Source: Sphingomonadaceae bacterium | GTDB lineage: Bacteria > Pseudomonadota > Alphaproteobacteria > Sphingomonadales > Sphingomonadaceae | Direction: 5' to 3' | Assembly: GCA_016000085.1 (NCBI GenBank) | Contig: JAECRT010000005.1 | Span: forward strand, 47,493-111,492 | DNA: 64,000 nt | Part shown: positions 57,733 through 64,000 of the stretch, one piece after another | How the letters are laid out: every line of letters begins with the position of its first letter | Position numbering within the stretch: position 1 is the first letter of the stretch | Notes under the pieces: model-generated | Databases searched by the model: none | What the model was told of the DNA's origin: nothing | Seen by the model: only the letters and a program-made list of their open reading frames with translations | Made by a program: the position numbers and the translations under genes

Positions 57733-59282
57733 CAGATGCGCCTCCCCGCTTCTTCCCAATAGGGCTTGCGCAATTCGGCGCGCGATACCTTGCCCGCATT
57801 GGTGCGCGGCAGCTGGCGGATGATCTCGATCCGCTTGGGCGTTTTCACCGGACCCAGCGCATCGCGGGCAAAGGCGATCAGCGTCGCCTCCTGCGGCTTA
57901 TGACCGGCACGCGGCTCGACGAAGGCGATCACCGCCTCGCCCCATTTCTCGTCGGGGATGCCGACCACCGCGCAATCCTGCACCGCGTCATGCGCGAGCA
58001 GCGCCTTTTCGACCTCGGCGGGGTAGATGTTGAAACCGCCGGAGATGATCATGTCCTTCTTGCGATCCACGACATAGAACCAGCCGTCCGCGTCGCGCAC
58101 GCCGATGTCGCCGGTATGGTGCCAGCCGAAGGTCGAGACTTCCGCCGTGGCTTCCGGGTTCTTGTAATAGCCGCCCATCACCAGAGGGCCGCGCACGACG
58201 ATCTCGCCGCGCTCGCCCGGTGGGAGAATCTGCCCGTCGTCATCCATGATCTCGACGATCGAAAGCAGATTTGGGCGACCGCAGCTACCCGGATGCGCCA
58301 GTTCACCCGCCGCGTTCAGATGTTCATGCGGCGGCATGGCAGTGACGCACATCGGCGCTTCGGTTTGACCGAAGCTGGCGTTCATCACAGGGCCGAAGAC
58401 CGCGATGGCTTCCTTCAAACGATCCGTCGACATGGGCGCGCCAGCGTAGGAGATATATTGGAGACTGGAGAAATCGGCGTCGCGCACGCCGGGGTGCGAC
58501 AGCAGCATGTAAATGGCGGTGGGCGGCAGGAACATGTAAGTGACGCGATGCTTTTCGATCGCATCGATCACCGGACCGGGATCGAATTTGGGCAGTATGA
58601 TGACGGTACCGCCCAGCGCCATGCTGGCGAGCGCCAGCGGTCCGGCAGCGTGGGTCATGGGTGCGGCGACCAGATTCACCGGCGGCACGGTCATCGGCAT
58701 GGACGCGACCAGGCTGGAGACAAGCGCCTGCCAGTTGCCGTTGGTCAGCATCACGCCCTTCGACCGGCCGGTGGTACCGCCGGTGTTGGCGAGAAAGCCC
58801 AGTTCCTCCGGTGCGCCGGTGCGGCGCTGGGGGACGGGTGGCGCGTCGGGGTCGATATGGTCTTCGAGATAGAAATCCGCTTCCTCGAACGGCTGGTCGA
58901 GGGCGATGTAACGGCGGATGTTCGGACATTCGGCCCGAAACGTGGCGATCCGGTCGGCCACTTCGGAATGAACGAACAAGGTGTCGATATCGAGCAGGTC
59001 GAACAGATAGGCGTTCTCGCTCGCGCTGGCGCGGTTGTTGGCCATCGCCCAGACGCCGTCGGCGCGTAATATGCCCAGCACCGCTTCGAACGCGACCATG
59101 GCATTGCCGCTGAGGACGGCGGCGTGCGCACCGGCAGGGAAATCGTCCGCGATCAACATCGCGGCGATGGCGTGCGTGCGCGCCGATATCTCAGCATAGG
59201 TGCGCGCCGTATCTCCCTCGATCATGCAGGGGCGGTCATGGGCGATGCGCAGGCCGCGATCGAAATAGTCGATCATCCGCAT
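57732..59282 (-). CDS. Acyl-CoA synthetase / AMP-binding ligase
   Basis: TGGTTGRSKG, FGQTE, HTGD.G, VDRKKDMIISGG.NIYP.EVE, PRTNAGK. Confidence 0.94.
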   Translation of the reverse strand: MRMIDYFDRGLRIAHDRPCMIEGDTARTYAEISARTHAIAAMLIADDFPAGAHAAVLSGNAMVAFEAVLGILRADGVWAMANNRASASENAYLFDLLDIDTLFVHSEVADRIATFRAECPNIRRYIALDQPFEEADFYLEDHIDPDAPPVPQRRTGAPEELGFLANTGGTTGRSKGVMLTNGNWQALVSSLVASMPMTVPPVNLVAAPMTHAAGPLALASMALGGTVIILPKFDPGPVIDAIEKHRVTYMFLPPTAIYMLLSHPGVRDADFSSLQYISYAGAPMSTDRLKEAIAVFGPVMNASFGQTEAPMCVTAMPPHEHLNAAGELAHPGSCGRPNLLSIVEIMDDDGQILPPGERGEIVVRGPLVMGGYYKNPEATAEVSTFGWHHTGDIGVRDADGWFYVVDRKKDMIISGGFNIYPAEVEKALLAHDAVQDCAVVGIPDEKWGEAVIAFVEPRAGHKPQEATLIAFARDALGPVKTPKRIEIIRQLPRTNAGKVSRAELRKPYWEEAGRRI

Positions 59283-59314
59283 GGGGCGAACCCTTTCGGT
59301 TGGAGCGGCACGCC

Positions 59315-60772
59315 TTACCGCCGCAGCGTGAGGTCGAGCGCGCCGGACTTGATCTGGACCAGCGGCGCGCTGGCGAGCTTCATAAGTTTCTGCACCTGGC
59401 TCAATTCCGGCGATGAAAGCGTCGGGTAATCGCGCGCGACCGGTCCGGCCTTGCGCATCTTCTCGATGTCGAACGCGGGAACCAGCGCGCGCAGGATCAG
59501 TTCGTCATCATCCTCCCCCGTGCCATGTCGACGGCGCAGTTCGGCGAGGTCGGGCTGCTCGGGCGGATTGGCGAGGATTTCCCTGGCGCGCGGCTTGGAC
59601 AATATCTGGTCGAGCACATTGGCGTCGATGGGGGCCACGGGATCGCCGTAGAAGCCCGCAGCATATTGGATCACTTCGTCGGGCACGACCGAATAGCGCT
59701 TGCCGGTCACGATGTTCAGCACGGCAAGCGTGCCGACCAGTTGCGCAAAGGGCGTCGCCATGCCGGGATAGCCCAGTTCCCGCCGCACGGTCGCCACTTC
59801 CGCCAGCACGGCAGGCAGCTTGTCGAGCATGTTCTGCTGAACCAACTGCGCGCGCAGCGTGCCCATCATGCCACCGGGGATCTGGTGCTTGAGCGCCGTC
59901 ACATCATATTCGAAGAACTGGTTGACCAGGAAGCCTGCGGCCTTGCCCACCTTTTCGAAATGGTCGGCGACAGGCTTGAGCTTGGAGGTGTCGATATTGT
60001 GGGTGTGACCCATGATCTCGACATTCTTCGTCATGATTTCGATCGAGGGGATGGACGGGCCGTTGGCCATGGGGCGCACGGCAGTGTGCAGCACGGTTAC
60101 GCCGAACTCGATCGCATCCATATAGGATTTGGCGGACTGCCCCAGCATGTTGTTGGCGTGCATCTCGATCGGTTTGCCGCGCGCCTTTGCGACGATGGCG
60201 GGGACGAGGGTGGAGATGCGATCGCGGTCCAGTACGCCGCCAGTGTCGTAAAGCAGCAGGCTGTCGACTTCGGGCAGCGCCGAGAGCTTGTCCGCCTTGT
60301 CCGCATAATAAGCATCGTCATGGACGGGCGAGAGCGTGAACAGCATCGTGCCCGCCACCTGGCAGCCATGGCCCTTTGCGATTTTGGCGAGGCGGTGCAT
60401 CTTGTCGATGTTGAAAAGCACATCGTAGAGCCAGAAGCTGCGGATGCCATGAACGCAGAGACGATCCACCCACAGGTCCATCAGCACGTCGGGGGTGAAG
60501 CCGAATGTCACCGACCCGTTGGAACGACACCCGGCGCGCAGCGGCGTATGAGGCATCGAGCCGATCAGAAGGTCCAGGCCCGCCCAGGGATCTTCCTGGC
60601 AGTGGCGTGTGAGCACTTCGAACAGCGAGGAGCCAGCAAGGCTGATGATATTATAGCCGGTCTTGTCGATGATCGGCGTGACGGGCAGCGCCATGCCAGC
60701 CTGCATCCGCATGCCCCACAAGCTCTGCTGACCGTCGCGCATGGTTTCGTCGAGGAAGGTGATATGGGCCAT
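59315..60772 (-). CDS. Carboxyltransferase subunit, pyruvate carboxylase B / oxaloacetate decarboxylase alpha-like
   Basis: DETMRDGQQSLW..RM, EDPW, HQIPGGMM..L..QL, VRRELGYP.MATP.AQ.VG. Confidence 0.9.
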   Translation of the reverse strand: MAHITFLDETMRDGQQSLWGMRMQAGMALPVTPIIDKTGYNIISLAGSSLFEVLTRHCQEDPWAGLDLLIGSMPHTPLRAGCRSNGSVTFGFTPDVLMDLWVDRLCVHGIRSFWLYDVLFNIDKMHRLAKIAKGHGCQVAGTMLFTLSPVHDDAYYADKADKLSALPEVDSLLLYDTGGVLDRDRISTLVPAIVAKARGKPIEMHANNMLGQSAKSYMDAIEFGVTVLHTAVRPMANGPSIPSIEIMTKNVEIMGHTHNIDTSKLKPVADHFEKVGKAAGFLVNQFFEYDVTALKHQIPGGMMGTLRAQLVQQNMLDKLPAVLAEVATVRRELGYPGMATPFAQLVGTLAVLNIVTGKRYSVVPDEVIQYAAGFYGDPVAPIDANVLDQILSKPRAREILANPPEQPDLAELRRRHGTGEDDDELILRALVPAFDIEKMRKAGPVARDYPTLSSPELSQVQKLMKLASAPLVQIKSGALDLTLRR

Positions 60773-60777
60773 GGGCG

Positions 60778-62133
60778 TTACTCCGGGGACGCGAGCAGGG
60801 TCTGCTCAAGCCAGCGTGTGTGGATGGTGTTGGCGATGAAATCGGGATGGCGCACGATGCGGCGGTGCAGGTCGATCGTCGTGGGGACGCCCTCGACCTT
60901 GAAGCTGTCCAGTGCGTCGGTCAGCTTTGCCACAGCATCGGCGCGGTCGGCGCCGTGGACGATCAGCTTGCCGATCATGCTGTCGTAGAAGGGCGGGATC
61001 ACCGCGCCTTGCGACATATGGCTGTCGAGGCGGATGCCATCCCCCACCGGCGGTTGCCAGCCGGTGATGCGGCCAGGGACCGGGATGAAGCCCTTGCCCA
61101 CATCCTCCGCATTGATGCGACATTCGATGGCATGGCCGGTGACGCGGACTTTATCCTGCGTCACCGACAGCGCCGACCCGCCGGCTATACGGATCTGTTC
61201 CTGCACCAGGTCGAAGCCGGTGATCATCTCGCTGACCGGATGCTCGACCTGGATGCGGGCGTTGACCTCTATGAAATATACTTCCTCGCGCGCGACATCG
61301 TAGAGAAATTCTGCGGTGCCGGCGTTACGATAGTTGACGCTGGACGCGAGCGCGACGGCGGCCTCATGCAAATGCTGGCGCACGCGATCGGGCATGGCGG
61401 TGCACGGCGCTTCCTCGACCAGCTTTTGGTAACGGCGCTGGACCGAACAGTCGCGTTCGCCGAAATGGACGACATTGCCGGTGCCGTCCCCCATCAGCTG
61501 GACCTCGACATGGCGGGCCTGGGGCACGAAGCGTTCCATGAACAGGCGGCCGTCGTTGAAGGCGGCCTGCGCCTCGGCACTGGCTTTGTGGAAACCAGCC
61601 TCGACCTCGTCCGCATTGTTGGCGATTACCATGCCGCGCCCGCCGCCGCCGGCCGACGCCTTGAGCAGAACCGGATAACCAATGCGATCGCCTTCGCGGC
61701 GCGCATCGGCGGCCGACGCGATTTCTTCGCTGCCCGGAACCAGCGGGACGCCAGCCGCCTTTGCCATCGCGCGGGCCTGAAGCTTGTCGCCCAGCGCATC
61801 GATCATGTCGGGTTCGGGACCGACGAAGGCGATGCCATGTTCGGCGCAGAGGCGCGGCAGGATGGCGCGTTCGGAGAGAAAACCATAGCCGGGATGAAGC
61901 GCGTCGCAACCAGCGGCCTTGGCGGCATGGACGACGAGACGCGGGTCGAGATAGCTGCGCGCAGCCGGACCGGGGCCAAGGACCAACGTGCGATCGGCGA
62001 GTTGCGCGGCGGCGCTGCCGCGGTCGGCTTCGGACACGCCGATCACGGTTTCGGCATTGAGGCCCTGTGCGGCGCGGACGATCCGCAGCGCAATCTCACC
62101 CCTGTTAGCTATGAAAAGGCGGTTGACGGCCAT
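60778..62133 (-). CDS. accC: Biotin carboxylase
   Basis: IANRGEIA.R, HPGYGFLSE, KASAGGGGRGM, ERDCSVQRR.QK..EEAP, EVNARIQVEHPVSE, ECRINAED, PFYDSMIGK. Confidence 0.95.
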   Translation of the reverse strand: MAVNRLFIANRGEIALRIVRAAQGLNAETVIGVSEADRGSAAAQLADRTLVLGPGPAARSYLDPRLVVHAAKAAGCDALHPGYGFLSERAILPRLCAEHGIAFVGPEPDMIDALGDKLQARAMAKAAGVPLVPGSEEIASAADARREGDRIGYPVLLKASAGGGGRGMVIANNADEVEAGFHKASAEAQAAFNDGRLFMERFVPQARHVEVQLMGDGTGNVVHFGERDCSVQRRYQKLVEEAPCTAMPDRVRQHLHEAAVALASSVNYRNAGTAEFLYDVAREEVYFIEVNARIQVEHPVSEMITGFDLVQEQIRIAGGSALSVTQDKVRVTGHAIECRINAEDVGKGFIPVPGRITGWQPPVGDGIRLDSHMSQGAVIPPFYDSMIGKLIVHGADRADAVAKLTDALDSFKVEGVPTTIDLHRRIVRHPDFIANTIHTRWLEQTLLASPE

Positions 62134-62140
62134 GGCGCGA

Positions 62141-62668
62141 TCAGCCCTGATTCTTGGCGGGAATGACGGCGAACAGAGGCTGATCGGCTTCGACCATCGC
62201 GCCATCGGCGGCAAGGATGGCGTGAACCGTGCCGGAAACCCCCGCGCGAACAGCGGTAAAGAGCTTCATCACCTCTACCAGGCACATTTCGGTGTCGTCG
62301 GTCACGACCGACCCGACGTCGACATAGACCGGCGAACCGGGCTTGGGCGCTCGGTAGAAAGTGCCGAGATAGGGCGCGGTTACGATGACGGCGTCCTCGG
62401 GCAGATCGGATGTCGCGTGGATGGCCGGAGAGGCCGCCACCGAAGGAACCGCTGTTGCTGCTGGCGCGCTTGTCGGCGCAGCCACCGCCTCCACCTGCAC
62501 GGTGACTGCCTTGGCGCCGAGGCCGGGTGCGGTCGCGTCGGTCGATAGATAGATTTCGACATCCCCCGCCCGCACATGCAACTCGCGCATGCCCGATGCT
62601 TGAAAATCGGCAATCAGCGCTTCGATATCCTGAAGCGATGCGCCTTCGGTCCCTGGCCCGCCGCTCAT
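62141..62668 (-). CDS. accB: Biotin carboxyl carrier protein
   Basis: APYLGTFYRAP.PG, biotinylation site EVMKLF, G.MVE..QPLF. Confidence 0.93.
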   Translation of the reverse strand: MSGGPGTEGASLQDIEALIADFQASGMRELHVRAGDVEIYLSTDATAPGLGAKAVTVQVEAVAAPTSAPAATAVPSVAASPAIHATSDLPEDAVIVTAPYLGTFYRAPKPGSPVYVDVGSVVTDDTEMCLVEVMKLFTAVRAGVSGTVHAILAADGAMVEADQPLFAVIPAKNQG

Positions 62669-64000
62669 GCCTTCTTCTCCCGCAGGGCTTCGATCTGGTC
62701 TCGCGTCAGTCCGGCGCCCTTGCCCTTCAGGAGCCGTGACTGTTGCTGTTCAAGCGCATGCAGAGCTTCGACATCGGCCGAAGCAGGCGCGCCGCGCACG
62801 CTGCTGTCACACAGGAAGCGATAGGGATGCTGCATCTGCGCCGGGCGGAACGCTGCCGCGCGCGCATTGTAATCCGCGAGCGATAGCGCGCCTGCACTAG
62901 TGACATAGCGATCCACCTTCTCCGGCAGATGCGTGACGCCGCCCGCGACATGCGCCTCGCTCGGGCTGCCGTCCCCATTCAGCACCGAATAGGGAATGTG
63001 CGAGATATATCGGGCCGGCCGACCACTGTGCATCATCATCGCATAGTCGTGCAGCTGCTGGCTGGGCAGGTCGACCAGCCCCACCAGTTCACCCAGGAAA
63101 TCGCGACCGAACTCGTCGTTGAGCAGGGGACGAAAGCGGTCTGCCCGCTCATCGATCGTCATCCAGTCGTCGACGTCATAGACGCCCGCGACATGTGCGA
63201 AATCCTTGATGAGGGAGAAATAGACCAGAGCGCCTGCATCCATCATCTGATCGCGTGACCAGCCCGCCATATTCTTCCACAGATCGACAGTCGCGGTGCG
63301 AAAGATGTCGGTGAGCATCTCGAACGTCTCGGCCAGCTCCTCGGCCGATCCCATGCCGACGGGGACGTAATTTTCCGTGAGCACATCGGACGTATATAGT
63401 CCGATGCCCGTCAACTTCTCGGCGGTCAGTTCGGGCCTGGATTCAAAACTGCCCCAATCGTCCATCAGGTAGAAATGGCAGTCGGTCGCTTCCATCGTGA
63501 TGGTCAGGTTGGGATAGGGAATGGCGTCCGCCACCCCGTCCAGCCAAGGATAATCGCCCTGCGCCAAATCGGAAAAGTCGCGAATGATGAGTTCGCGATT
63601 GTCCGCCAGCTTGTAGGGGCCACTATTGTTGAGGGTGCAGCGGCTCTCGCAGGACACCAGGAAACCATATTGCGAAATGGTGGCAAGAAAGCTTTGAGCC
63701 GCCTTGTGCAGCCGGTCGCCATTGGCGCAAGCATGCAGGTCGGCATGGAAGCGCTGGATGCGTCGTTCGGGCAGAAGCTGGACGCGCTGGCCAAATTCGC
63801 GCGCATTGAGATGGCCGTCCTCGCGCTGCTGCGCCAGTTTGAAGCGGCGCCAGAAGTCCATCACATAAGCGACGTCTTCCGCCGCATCCTCCGGCTTTTG
63901 CAGGCCGAGGTTGATGAGGATCTCGCGCCCCAGCAGGAAAAATGTCGGCAGCCCCCAGCCGGGCAGATTGCCGAACTTGCCGCCCATCGCCCGTGCCCGA
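62665..64000 (-). CDS. Hypothetical protein, 5'-truncated by the window edge; candidate substrate-binding subunit of the kinase
   Basis: Frame is open to the window edge (>440 aa) and coupled to the BCCP gene by an ATGA overlap; no motif I recognise with certainty. Confidence 0.8.
   Translation of the reverse strand, partial: RARAMGGKFGNLPGWGLPTFFLLGREILINLGLQKPEDAAEDVAYVMDFWRRFKLAQQREDGHLNAREFGQRVQLLPERRIQRFHADLHACANGDRLHKAAQSFLATISQYGFLVSCESRCTLNNSGPYKLADNRELIIRDFSDLAQGDYPWLDGVADAIPYPNLTITMEATDCHFYLMDDWGSFESRPELTAEKLTGIGLYTSDVLTENYVPVGMGSAEELAETFEMLTDIFRTATVDLWKNMAGWSRDQMMDAGALVYFSLIKDFAHVAGVYDVDDWMTIDERADRFRPLLNDEFGRDFLGELVGLVDLPSQQLHDYAMMMHSGRPARYISHIPYSVLNGDGSPSEAHVAGGVTHLPEKVDRYVTSAGALSLADYNARAAAFRPAQMQHPYRFLCDSSVRGAPASADVEALHALEQQQSRLLKGKGAGLTRDQIEALREKKA

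Noticed and set aside
59315-62668. Housekeeping acetyl-CoA or pyruvate carboxylase
   Set aside because: There is no accA/accD, the CT active site is altered, and the genes sit in an operon with a CoA ligase and a thiolase.
51353-64000. Anaerobic phenol pathway (phenylphosphate synthase/carboxylase)
   Set aside because: No UbiD/UbiX-type carboxylase is present; the carboxylase here is biotin-dependent.

Overview
GC-rich alphaproteobacterial chromosome segment, probably from a sphingomonad such as Sphingobium (inferred from gene content: TonB receptor, PQQ dehydrogenases, cop genes). It has five blocks. (1) 1-5857: a TetR-associated catabolic cluster (partial family III CoA-transferase, flavin reductase, two crotonases, quinohemoprotein dehydrogenase) with a repeated TTGCAC-N4-GTGCAA operator. 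(2) 5864-25499: an aerobic cobalamin biosynthesis cluster (cobW-N-G-H-I-J-[K antisense]-L-E-M-B-F-O-bluB-DUF1636-cobT-phosphatase-cobS, plus cbiB, cobD, cobU) headed by a cobalamin riboswitch. (3) 25600-32250: a candidate sRNA, lrp plus M20 amidohydrolase, and copAB/copC next to a CnrYXH-like ECF sigma module with three matching promoters. (4) 32252-38256: a TetR-linked beta-oxidation operon with an ACAD10/11-like dehydrogenase-kinase pair. (5) 38266-64000: a roughly 26-kb catabolic island tied together by a shared ATCGT-N3-ACGAT operator and two paralogous GntR regulators. This island is the most interesting part. It encodes a TonB receptor, a membrane-anchored linalool dehydratase/isomerase-family enzyme, an SDR, a dedicated bioB, EthD/unknown/APH kinase genes and a membrane PQQ dehydrogenase. 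It also encodes a split dikinase with two phospho-His domains, a SurE phosphatase, a biotin-dependent carboxylase with an atypical carboxyltransferase and a second lysine-less BCCP, a CoA ligase and a thiolase. The island looks like an expanded variant of a phosphorylate-carboxylate-dephosphorylate methyl-ketone pathway (Acv/Hpe/Xcc-like) with an unusual hydratase front end. No rRNA, tRNA, CRISPR array or transposase was recognised. All family assignments come from motif recognition by eye, not from database searches.
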